Origin: Eledone cirrhosa
Lineage: Eukaryota
Assembly (NCBI GenBank): GCA_964016885.1
Contig: OZ024740.1
Span: 421,786,001-421,850,000, forward strand
Direction: 5' to 3'
Length of the DNA: 64,000 nucleotides
Shown: piece after piece, positions 40,948-54,273 of the stretch
Layout of the letters: each line of letters starts with the position of its first letter
Position numbering within the stretch: position 1 is the first letter of the stretch
Made by a program: the position numbers and the translations under genes
The notes under the pieces: generated by a model
Told to the model about the DNA's origin: nothing
Databases searched by the model: none
The model's input: the letters and a program-made list of their open reading frames with translations, nothing else

Positions 40948-43900
40948 GTGTCATATTAAACCTACATAGAAAGGTGGATTAACTTAGATATATGTGTCAT
41001 ATTAAACCTAAATAGAAAGGTGGATTAACATAGATATATGTGTCATATTAAACCTACATAGAAAGGTGAAAACTTAGATATATGTGTCATATTAAACCTT
41101 CATGGAAAGGTGGATTAACATAGATATATGTGTCATATTAAACCTACATAGAAAGGTGGATTAACTTAGATATATGTGTCATATTAAACCTACATAGAAA
41201 GGTGGATTAACATAGATATACGTGTCATATTAAACCTACATAGAAAGGTGGATTAACATAGATATATGTGTCATATTAAACCTACATAGAAAGGTGGAGT
41301 AACATAGATATATGTGTCATATTAAAACTACATAGAAAGGTGAATTAACTTAGATATATGTGTCATATTAAACCTTCATGGAAAGGTGGATTACCATAGA
41401 TATATGTGTCATATTAAACCTACATAGAAAGGTGGATTAACATAGATATATGTGTCATATTAAACCTTCATAGAAAGGTGGATTAACTTAGATATGTGTG
41501 TCATATTAAACCTAAATAGAAGGGTGGATTAACATAGATATATGTGTCATATTAAACCTACATAGAAAGGTGAATTAACTTAGATATATGTGTCATATTA
41601 AACCTAAATAGAAAGGTGGATTAACATAGATATATGTGTCATATTAAACCTACATAGAAAGGTGAATTAACTTAGATATGTGTCATATTAAACCTTCATG
41701 GAAAGGTGGATTAACATAGATATATGTGTCATATTAAACCTACATAGAAAGGTGGATTAACATAGATATATGTGTCATATTAAACCTTCATAGAAAGGTG
41801 GATTAACTTAGATATGTGTGTCATATTAAACCTAAATAGAAGAATGGATTAACATAGATATATGTGTCATATTAAACCTACATAGAAAGGTGAATAAACT
41901 TAGATATATGTGTCATATTAAACCTAAATAGAAAGGTGGATTAACATAGATATATGTGTCATATTAAACCTACATAGAAAGGTGAATTAACTTAGATATG
42001 TGTCATATTAAACCTTCATGGAAAGGTGGATTAACATAGATATACGTGTCATATTAAACCTACATAGAAAGGTGAATTAACTTAGATATATGTGTCATAT
42101 TAAACCTACATATAAAGGTGGATTAACATAGATATATGTGTCATATTAAACCTACATAGAAAGGTGGATTAACATAGATATATGTGTCATATTAAACCTA
42201 CATAGAAAGGTGGATTAACATAGATATATGTGTCATATTAAACCTACATAGAAAGGTGAATTAACTTAGATATATGTGTCATATTAAACCTACATAGAAA
42301 GGTGGATTAACTTAGATATATGTGTCATATTAAACCTACATAGAAAGATGAATTAACTTAGATATATGTATCATATTAAACCTACATAGAAAGGTGAATT
42401 AACTTAGATATATGTGTCATATTAAACCTACATAGAAAGGTGGATTAACTTAGATATGTGTGTCATATTAAACCTAAATAGAAGGGTGGATTAACATAGA
42501 TATATGTGTCATATTAAACCTACATAGAAAGGTGAATTAACTTAGATATATGTGTCATATTAAACCTAAATAGAAAGGTGGATTAACATAGATATATGTG
42601 TCATATTAAACCTACATACAAAGGTGAATTAACTTAGATATGTGTCATATTAAACCTTCATGGAAAGGTGGATTAACATAGATATATGTGTCATATTAAA
42701 CCTACATAGAAAGGTGGATTAACATAGATATATGTGTCATGTTAAACCTACATAGAAAGGTGGAGTAACATAGATATATGTGTCATATTAAACCTACATA
42801 GAAAGGTGGATTAACATAGATATATGTGTCATATTAAACCTACATAGAAAGGTGGATTAACTTAGATATATGTGTCATATTAAACCTACATAGAAAGGTG
42901 GATTAACTTAGATATATGTGTCATATTAAACCTACATAGAAAGGTGAATTAACTTAGATATATGTGTCATATTAAACCTACATAGAAAGGTGGATTAACA
43001 TAGATATATGTGTCATATTAAACCTACATAGAAAGGTGAATTAACATAGATATATGTGTCATATTAAACATACATAGAAAGGTGGATTAACTTAGATATA
43101 TGTGTCATATTAAACCTACATAGAAAGGTGGATTAACATAGATATATGTGTCATATTAAACCTACATAGAAAGGTGGATTAACATAGATATATGTGTCAT
43201 ATTAAACCTACATAGAAAGGTGGATTAACTTAGATATATGTGTCATATCAAACCTACATAGAAAGGTGAATTAACTTAGATATATGTGTCATATTAAACC
43301 TACATAGAAAGGTGAATTAACTTAGATATATGTGTCATATTAAACCTACATAGAAAGGTGGATTAACATAGATATATGTGTCATATTAAACCTACATAGA
43401 AAGGTGAATTAACATAGATATATGTCATATTAAACCTACATAGAAAGGTGGATTAACATAGATATATGTGTCATATTAAACCTACATAGAAAGGTGGATT
43501 AACTTAGATATATGTGTCATATTAAACCTACATAGAAAGGTGGATTAACATAGATATACGTGTCATATTAAACCTACATAGAAAGGTGGATTAACATAGA
43601 TATATATGTCATATTAAACCTACATAGAAAGGTGGAGTAACATAGATATATGTGTCATATTAAAACTACATAGAAAGATGGATTAACATAGATATGTGTC
43701 ATATTAAACCTACATAGAAAGGTGAATTAACATAGATATATGTGTCATATTAAACCTACATAGAAAGGTGGATTAACTTAGATATATGTGTCATATTAAA
43801 CCTACATAGAAAGGTGGATTAACTTAGATATATGTGTCATATTAAACCTACATAGAAAGGTGGATTAACTTAGATATATGTGTCATATTAAACCAACATA

Positions 43901-46900
43901 GAAAGGTGGATTAACATAGATATATGTGTCATATTAAACCTACATAGAAAGGTGAATTAACTTAGATATATGTGTCATATTAAACCTACATAGAAAGGTG
44001 AATTAACTTAGATATATGTGTCATATTAAACCTACATAGAAAGGTGGATTAACATAGATATATGTGTCATATTAAACCTACATAGAAAGGTGAATTAACT
44101 TAGATATATGTGTCATATTAAACCAACATAGAAAGGTGGATTAACATAGATATACGTGTCATATTAAACCTACATAGAAAGGTGAATTAACTTAGATATA
44201 TGTGTCATATTAAACCTACATAGAAAGGTGGATTAATATAGATATATGTGTCATATTAAACCTACATAGAAAGGTGGATTAACATAGATATATGTGTCAT
44301 ATTAAACCTACATAGAAAGGTGAATTAACTTAGATATATGTGTCATATTAAACCTACATAGAAAGGTGGATTAACTTAGATATATGTGTCATATTAAACC
44401 TACATAGAAAGATGAATTAACTTAGATATATGTGTCATATTAAACCTACATAGAAAGGTGGATTAACTTAGATATGTGTGTCATATTAAACCTACATAGA
44501 AAGGTGAATTAACTTAGATATATGTGTCATATTAAACGTAAATAGAAAGGTGGATTAACTTAGATATATGTGTCATATTAAACCTACATAGAAAGGTGGA
44601 TTAACATAGATATACGTGTCATATTAAACCTACATAGAAAGGTGGATTAACATAGATATATGTGTCATATTAAACCTACATAGAAAGGTGGAGTAACATA
44701 GATATATGTGTCATATTAAAACTACATAGAAAGGTGAATTAACTTAGATATATGTGTCATATTAAACCTTCATGGAAAGGTGGATTACCATAGATATATG
44801 TGTCATATTAAACCTACATAGAAAGGTGGATTAACATAGATATATGTGTCATATTAAACCTTCATAGAAAGGTGGATTAACTTAGATATGTGTGTCATAT
44901 TAAACCTAAATAGAAGGGTGGATTAACATAGATATATGTGTCATATTAAACCTACATAGAAAGGTGAATTAACTTAGATATATGTGTCATATTAAACCTA
45001 AATAGAAAGGTGGATTAACATAGATATATGTGTCATATTAAACCTACATAGAAAGGTGAATTAACTTAGATATGTGTCATATTAAACCTTCATGGAAAGG
45101 TGGATTAACATAGATATATGTGTCATATTAAACCTACATAGAAAGGTGGATTAACATAGATATATGTGTCATATTAAACCTTCATAGAAAGGTGGATTAA
45201 CTTAGATATGTGTGTCATATTAAACCTAAATAGAAGAATGGATTAACATAGATATATGTGTCATATTAAACCTACATAGAAAGGTGAATAAACTTAGATA
45301 TATGTGTCATATTAAACCTAAATAGAAAGGTGGATTAACATAGATATATGTGTCATATTAAACCTACATAGAAAGGTGAATTAACTTAGATATGTGTCAT
45401 ATTAAACCTTCATGGAAAGGTGGATTAACATAGATATACGTGTCATATTAAACCTACATAGAAAGGTGAATTAACTTAGATATATGTGTCATATTAAACC
45501 TACATATAAAGGTGGATTAACATAGATATATGTGTCATATTAAACCTACATAGAAAGGTGGATTAACATAGATATATGTGTCATATTAAACCTACATAGA
45601 AAGGTGGATTAACATAGATATATGTGTCATATTAAACCTACATAGAAAGGTGAATTAACTTAGATATATGTGTCATATTAAACCTACATAGAAAGGTGGA
45701 TTAACTTAGATATATGTGTCATATTAAACCTACATAGAAAGATGAATTAACTTAGATATATGTATCATATTAAACCTACATAGAAAGGTGAATTAACTTA
45801 GATATATGTGTCATATTAAACCTACATAGAAAGGTGGATTAACTTAGATATGTGTGTCATATTAAACCTAAATAGAAGGGTGGATTAACATAGATATATG
45901 TGTCATATTAAACCTACATAGAAAGGTGAATTAACTTAGATATATGTGTCATATTAAACCTAAATAGAAAGGTGGATTAACATAGATATATGTGTCATAT
46001 TAAACCTACATACAAAGGTGAATTAACTTAGATATGTGTCATATTAAACCTTCATGGAAAGGTGGATTAACATAGATATATGTGTCATATTAAACCTACA
46101 TAGAAAGGTGGATTAACATAGATATATGTGTCATGTTAAACCTACATAGAAAGGTGGAGTAACATAGATATATGTGTCATATTAAACCTACATAGAAAGG
46201 TGGATTAACATAGATATATGTGTCATATTAAACCTACATAGAAAGGTGGATTAACTTAGATATATGTGTCATATTAAACCTACATAGAAAGGTGGATTAA
46301 CTTAGATATATGTGTCATATTAAACCTACATAGAAAGGTGAATTAACTTAGATATATGTGTCATATTAAACCTACATAGAAAGGTGGATTAACATAGATA
46401 TATGTGTCATATTAAACCTACATAGAAAGGTGAATTAACATAGATATATGTGTCATATTAAACATACATAGAAAGGTGGATTAACTTAGATATATGTGTC
46501 ATATTAAACCTACATAGAAAGGTGGATTAACATAGATATATGTGTCATATTAAACCTACATAGAAAGGTGGATTAACATAGATATATGTGTCATATTAAA
46601 CCTACATAGAAAGGTGGATTAACTTAGATATATGTGTCATATCAAACCTACATAGAAAGGTGAATTAACTTAGATATATGTGTCATATTAAACCTACATA
46701 GAAAGGTGAATTAACTTAGATATATGTGTCATATTAAACCTACATAGAAAGGTGGATTAACATAGATATATGTGTCATATTAAACCTACATAGAAAGGTG
46801 AATTAACATAGATATATGTCATATTAAACCTACATAGAAAGGTGGATTAACATAGATATATGTGTCATATTAAACCTACATAGAAAGGTGGATTAACTTA

Positions 46901-49397
46901 GATATATGTGTCATATTAAACCTACATAGAAAGGTGGATTAACATAGATATACGTGTCATATTAAACCTACATAGAAAGGTGGATTAACATAGATATATA
47001 TGTCATATTAAACCTACATAGAAAGGTGGAGTAACATAGATATATGTGTCATATTAAAACTACATAGAAAGGTGGATTAACATAGATATGTGTCATATTA
47101 AACCTACATAGAAAGGTGAATTAACATAGATATATGTGTCATATTAAACCTACATAGAAAGGTGGATTAACTTAGATATATGTGTCATATTAAACCTACA
47201 TAGAAAGGTGGATTAACTTAGATATATGTGTCATATTAAACCTACATAGAAAGGTGGATTAACTTAGATATATGTGTCATATTAAACCAACATAGAAAGG
47301 TGGATTAACATAGATATATGTGTCATATTAAACCTACATAGAAAGGTGAATTAACTTAGATATATGTGTCATATTAAACCTACATAGAAAGGTGAATTAA
47401 CTTAGATATATGTGTCATATTAAACCTACATAGAAAGGTGGATTAACATAGATATATGTGTCATATTAAACCTACATAGAAAGGTGAATTAACTTAGATA
47501 TATGTGTCATATTAAACCAACATAGAAAGGTGGATTAACATAGATATACGTGTCATATTAAACCTACATAGAAAGGTGAATTAACTTAGATATATGTGTC
47601 ATATTAAACCTACATAGAAAGGTGGATTAATATAGATATATGTGTCATATTAAACCTACATAGAAAGGTGGATTAACATAGATATATGTGTCATATTAAA
47701 CCTACATAGAAAGGTGAATTAACTTAGATATATGTGTCATATTAAACCTACATAGAAAGGTGGATTAACTTAGATATATGTGTCATATTAAACCTACATA
47801 GAAAGATGAATTAACTTAGATATATGTGTCATATTAAACCTACATAGAAAGGTGGATTAACTTAGATATGTGTGTCATATTAAACCTACATAGAAAGGTG
47901 AATTAACTTAGATATATGTGTCATATTAAACGTAAATAGAAAGGTGGATTAACATAGATATATGTGTCATATTAAACCTACATAGAAAGGTGAATTAACT
48001 TAGATATATGTGTCATATTAAACCTTCATGGAAAGGTGGATTAACATAGATATATGTGTCATATTAAACCTACATAGAAAGGTGGATCAACATAGATATA
48101 TGTGTCATATTAAACCTACATAGAAAGGTGGATTAACTTAGATATATGTGTCATATTAAACCAACATAGAAAGGTGGATTAACATAGATATACGTGTCAT
48201 ATTAAACCTACATAGAAAGGTGAATTAACTTAGATATATGTGTCATATTAAACCTACATAGAAAGGTGGATTAACATAGATATGTGTGTCATATTAAACC
48301 TACATAGAAAGGTGGATTAACATAGATATATGTGTCATATTAAACCTACATAGAAAGGTGAATTAACTTAGATATGTGTGTCATATTAAACCTACATAGA
48401 AAGGTGAATTAACTTAGATATATGTGTCATATTAAACCTAAATAGAAAGGTGGATTAACATAGATATATGTGTCATATTAAACCTACATAGAAAGGTGAA
48501 TTAACTTAGATATATGTGTCATATTAAACCTTCATGGAAAGGTGGATTACCATAGATATATGTGTCATATTAAACCTACATAGAAAGGTGGATTAACATA
48601 GATATATGTGTCATATTAAACCTTCATAGAAAGGTGGATTAACTTAGATATGTGTGTCATATTAAACCTAAATAGAAGGGTGGATTAACATAGATATATG
48701 TGTCATATTAAACCTACATAGAAAGGTGAATTAACTTAGATATATGTGTCATATTAAACCTAAATAGAAAGGTGGATTAACATAGATATATGTGTCATAT
48801 TAAACCTACATAGAAAGGTGAATTAACTTAGATATGTGTCATATTAAACCTTCATGGAAAGGTGGATTAACATAGATATATGTGTCATATTAAACCTACA
48901 TAGAAAGGTGGATTAACATAGATATATGTGTCATATTAAACCTTCATAGAAAGGTGGATTAACTTAGATATGTGTGTCATATTAAACCTAAATAGAAGAA
49001 TGGATTAACATAGATATATGTGTCATATTAAACCTACATAGAAAGGTGAATTAACTTAGATATATGTGTCATATTAAACCTAAATAGAAAGGTGGATTAA
49101 CATAGATATATGTGTCATATTAAACCTACATAGAAAGGTGAATTAACTTAGATATGTGTCATATTAAACCTTCATGGAAAGGTGGATTAACATAGATATA
49201 CGTGTCATATTAAACCTACATAGAAAGGTGAATTAACTTAGATATATGTGTCATATTAAACCTACATAGAAAGGTGGATTAACATAGATATATGTGTCAT
49301 ATTAAACCTACATAGAAAGGTGGATTAACATAGATATATGTGTCATATTAAACCTACATAGAAAGGTGAATTAACTTAGATATATGTGTCATATTAA
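40948..49397. repeat. 46-bp satellite array, segment 5 (contains a 3394-bp tandem duplication)
   Basis: The rare-variant series (GAATAAAC, CATATAAAGG, TGTATCAT, CATACAAAG, CATGTTAA) appears from 41894 and again from 45288. Confidence 0.98.
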
Positions 49398-50856
49398 CCC
49401 TTTAGCATTCACATTGAATTGTCAAATGTCATGTTCATCTATTCGCATTATTTTCACTTAATTATACTCAAGAGGGTTATCAATTTTATTTGTTTGTAAT
49501 TACTTTAATTTTCTATGTGCAGACTTGAAATTTTGTCAGTAGATGTTTAAATAACTATAATTTACAATTATATATTTTTACCTGATTTTTTTTGTTAAAT
49601 TTGACTTTTATGGGCAGGTGAAATTAATTAACAGGTGTAAAAGTAATAACTTTATGGATAAACACAAAAATTTAAACTTTATCTGTTAGATTTGTTGCAA
49701 AAAAATCCAATAATGACCTAGATGCTGATTTCCATCAATTCTAGCAGTTTTCTGAACAGGTGAATTAATTAAAAATGCAGGTGTAATCAGTACACGGTTT
49801 TAGTCTTTCTCTACATTCCAGGCAAATATTTTCATTGAAAAAAATGTATAAAACCTTTTCACCGGTCAAAATAATATTGGCAATGTACTCTGTAAATGTA
49901 CGGTGTAAAATTACGTAATAGAAAGTTCCCAATATATAAGTTTATACACACTTTTAAATTTGTCTGACAATATTTCAATTAATGGTCGTACTTTGTACAG
50001 TGGGTCGTAATTTGATTCATTTCTACCAGGGGCATTTGAAGTATCAACCAGATGCAAATACTGGTTTAATTTAATGAATCTCGTTTTTGCCATAATACTA
50101 GATATATAAGGGTCACCAAACCTTATATCAGTACTCCAATAATTCCACAGTCGTGGAAATTGTTTAATACCAAACATAATATTTATGGTAAAAAACGCTT
50201 TCATTTCGGCAGAATCTGTCGGACAACATAACAGATCGGGTTTTCCGATATTAGAAATTTGTTGTTGTGCATAGCGATTTGCCACAACTTCGAAGAAAGA
50301 TTGTGGTAAAATTAAAAAATAATAATCCAGTGCTTTAGCATCGGGTGGTAATGTGTGTTGTGGTCCAATATTTTAGTAAAATCCGAAACATGTATCGATG
50401 TTGTTTCTTTCAACCACGTTGCTATTTTTTCAATGGTGTCAGTCAAATCTTCTCTTTCACTTTCAAAGTAACTATCATCATTATCAGATATATCAGAAAT
50501 AAATATATCTGATTCGTTTGAAGATAAATCACTGATATTATCTTCTGTTTCTTTTTGATCTCGAATGTCGTCGGACGTAAAACCTTCAAATTCGTTGTCG
50601 CTACTTTCGGAAGCCATGTTACACTTTCAACGTTAAAAACACGTGTTATCGCAAGTTCTTTCACTATACTAAGAGTTAATTTTCGCGCGTAAGGGCTTTA
50701 TCTCGCAGTAATCTCGAATTGACGAGATTTCGATGATGTCAATGTTTATTTTTAGAAGGAAATCTCCGTGTGGTATTAAATGTCGGTTTTTGTCGGTTTG
50801 AATAAATGAAAGGGGACATAATCTTGTCGGTTTTTGTCGCTTTGAATGCTAAAGGG
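49398..50856 (-). mobile_element. Non-autonomous piggyBac, copy 2
   Basis: Appears identical to 31371-32829 (offset 18027), with the same TTAA site and flanking monomer variants. Confidence 0.96.
49911..50617 (-). pseudogene. piggyBac transposase remnant, copy 2
   Basis: Translations are identical to those of 31884-32590. Confidence 0.88.
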
Positions 50857-53800
50857 TTAAACCTACATAGAAAGGTGGATTAACTTAGATATGTGTGTCA
50901 TATTAAACCTACATAGAAAGGTGAATTAACTTAGATATATGTGTCATATTAAACCTAAATAGAAAGGTGGATTAACATAGATATATGTGTCATATTAAAC
51001 CTACATAGAAAGGTGAATTAACTTAGATATGTGTCATATTAAACCTTCATGGAAAGGTGGATTAACATAGATATACGTGTCATATTAAACCTACATAGAA
51101 AGGTGAATTAACTTAGATATATGTGTCATATTAAACCTACATAGAAAGGTGGATTAACATAGATATATGTGTCATATTAAACCTACATAGAAAGGTGGAT
51201 TAACATAGATATATGTGTCATATTAAACCTACATAGAAAGGTGAATTAACTTAGATATATGTGTCATATTAAACCTACATAGAAAGGTGAATTAACTTAG
51301 ATATATGTGTCATATTAAACCTACATAGAAAGGTGGATTAACATAGATATATGTGTCATATTAAACCTACATAGAAAGGTGAATTAACTTAGATATATGT
51401 GTCATATTAAACCAACATAGAAAGGTGGATTAACATAGATATATGTGTCATATTAAACCTACATAGAAAGGTGAATTAACTTAGATATATGTGTCATATT
51501 AAACCTACATAGAAAGGTGGATTAATATAGATATATGTGTCATATTAAACCTACATAGAAAGGTGGATTAACATAGATATATGTGTCATATTAAACCTAC
51601 ATAGAAAGGTGAATTAACTTAGATATATGTGTCATATTAAACCTACATAGAAAGGTGGATTAACTTAGATATATGTGTCATATTAAACCTACATAGAAAG
51701 ATGAATTAACTTAGATATATGTGTCATATTAAACCTACATAGAAAGGTGGATTAACTTAGATATGTGTGTCATATTAAACCTACATAGAAAGGTGAATTA
51801 ACTTAGATATATGTGTCATATTAAACGTAAATAGAAAGGTGGATTACCATAGATATATGTGTCATATTAAACCTACATAGAAAGGTGAATTAACTTAGAT
51901 ATATGTGTCATATTAAACCTTCATGGAAAGGTGGATTAACATAGATATATGTGTCATATTAAACCTACATAGAAAGGTGGATCAACATAGATATATGTGT
52001 CATATTAAACCTACATAGAAAGGTGGATTAACTTAGATATATGTGTCATATTAAACCAACATAGAAAGGTGGATTAACATAGATATACGTGTCATATTAA
52101 ACCTACATAGAAAGGTGAATTAACTTAGATATATGTGTCATATTAAACCTACATAGAAAGGTGGATTAACATAGATATGTGTGTCATATTAAACCTACAT
52201 AGAAAGGTGGATTAACATAGATATATGTGTCATATTAAACCTACATAGAAAGGTGAATTAACTTAGATATATGTGTCATATTAAACCTACATAGAAAGGT
52301 GGATTAACTTAGATATATGTGTCATATTAAACCTACATAGAAAGATGAATGAACTTAGATATATGTGTCATATTAAACCTACATAGAAAGGTGAATTAAC
52401 TTAGATATATGTGTCATATTAAACCTACATAGAAAGGTGGATTAACTTAGATATGTGTGTCATATTAAACCTAAATAGAAGGGTGGATTAACATAGATAT
52501 ATGTGTCATATTAAACCTACATAGAAAGGCGAATTAACTTAGATATATGTGTCATATTAAACCTAAATAGAAAGGTGGATTAACTTGGATATGTGTCATA
52601 TTAAACCTTCATGGAAAGGTGGATTAACATAGATATATGTGTCATATTAAACCTACATAGAAAGGTGGAGTAACATAGATATATGTGTCATATTAAACCT
52701 ACATAGAAAGGTGGATTAACATAGATATGTGTGTCATATTAAACCTACATAGAAAGGTGAATTAACATAGATATATGTGTCATATTAAACCTACATAGAA
52801 AGGTGGATTAACATAGATATATGTGTCATATTAAACCTACATAGAAAGGTGGATTAACATAGATATATGTGTCATATTAAACCTACATAGAAAGGTGAAT
52901 TAACTCAGATATATGTGTCATATTAAACCTACATAGAAAGGTGAATTAACTTAGATATATGTGTCATATTAAACCTACATAGAAAGGTGGATTAACTTAG
53001 ATATGTGTGTCATATTAAACCTAAATTGAAAGGTGGATTAACATAGATATATGTGTCATATTAAACCTACATAGAAAGGTGAATTAACTTAGATATATGT
53101 GTCATATTAAACCTAAATAGAAAGGTGGATTAACATAGATATATGTGTCATATTAAACCTACATAGAAAGGTGAATTAACTTAGATATGTGTCATATTAA
53201 ACCTTCATGGAAAGGTGGATTAACATAGATATATGTGTCATATTAAACCTACATAGAAAGGTGGATTAACATAGATATATGTGTCATATTAAACCTACAT
53301 AGAAAGGTGGATTAACATAGATATATGTGTCATATTAAACCTACATAGAAAGGTGAATTAAGTTAGATATATGTGTCATATTAAACCAACATAGAAAGGT
53401 GGATTAACATAGATATACGTGTCATATTAAACCTACATAGAAAGGTGAATTAACTTAGATATATGTGTCATATTAAACCTACATAGAAAGGTGGATTAAC
53501 ATAGATATATGTGTCATATTAAACCTACATAGAAAGGTGGATTAACATAGATATATGTGTCATATTAAACCTACATAGAAAGGTGAATTAACTTAGATAT
53601 ATGTGTCATATTAAACCTACATAGAAAGGTGGATTAACTTAGATATATGTGTCATATTAAACCTACATAGAAAGGTGGATTAACATAGATATACGTGTCA
53701 TATTAAACCTACATAGAAAGGTGGATTAACTTAGATATATGTGTCATATTAAACCTACATAGAAAGGTGGATTAACATAGATATACGTGTCATATTAAAC

Positions 53801-53878
53801 CTACATAGAAAGGTGGATTAACATAGATATATGTGTCATATTAAACCTACATAGAAAGGTGAATTAACTTAGATATAT
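50857..53878. repeat. 46-bp satellite array, segment 6
   Basis: 3022 bp; a copy of segment 4 shorter by 460 bp (10 monomers). Confidence 0.99.
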
Positions 53879-54273
53879 CATCATCATCATCATCATCAAC
53901 GTTTAACGTCCGTGTTCCACGCTTGCATGGGTTTGGACGGGGGTAGTCCCACTTGAGGCAAGAGTGATTGTCTTGCTCGCATAGGACTGTCTGGCAGGTT
54001 TTCTACAGTTGGATGCCCTTCCTAACACCAACCACATTTACAGTGTGGGTCTGGGAGGTTTTTACCGTGTTTCCTACACGGCCACATTACAGCGTGGACT
54101 GTGTTTTTTTGTCGTGACACCTACACAATCTTATTTGTTTCGGCCTCGATGGCGCGGCACCAACATAACTTTACATAGAACGGGGTGGTGTGGATGAGGT
54201 GGGGGTGGTGGTGGTGGGACGGGGTGTATTTTGTTAGAGATGCCTACTGGCTGGAGTAGGTTTTACTATATAT

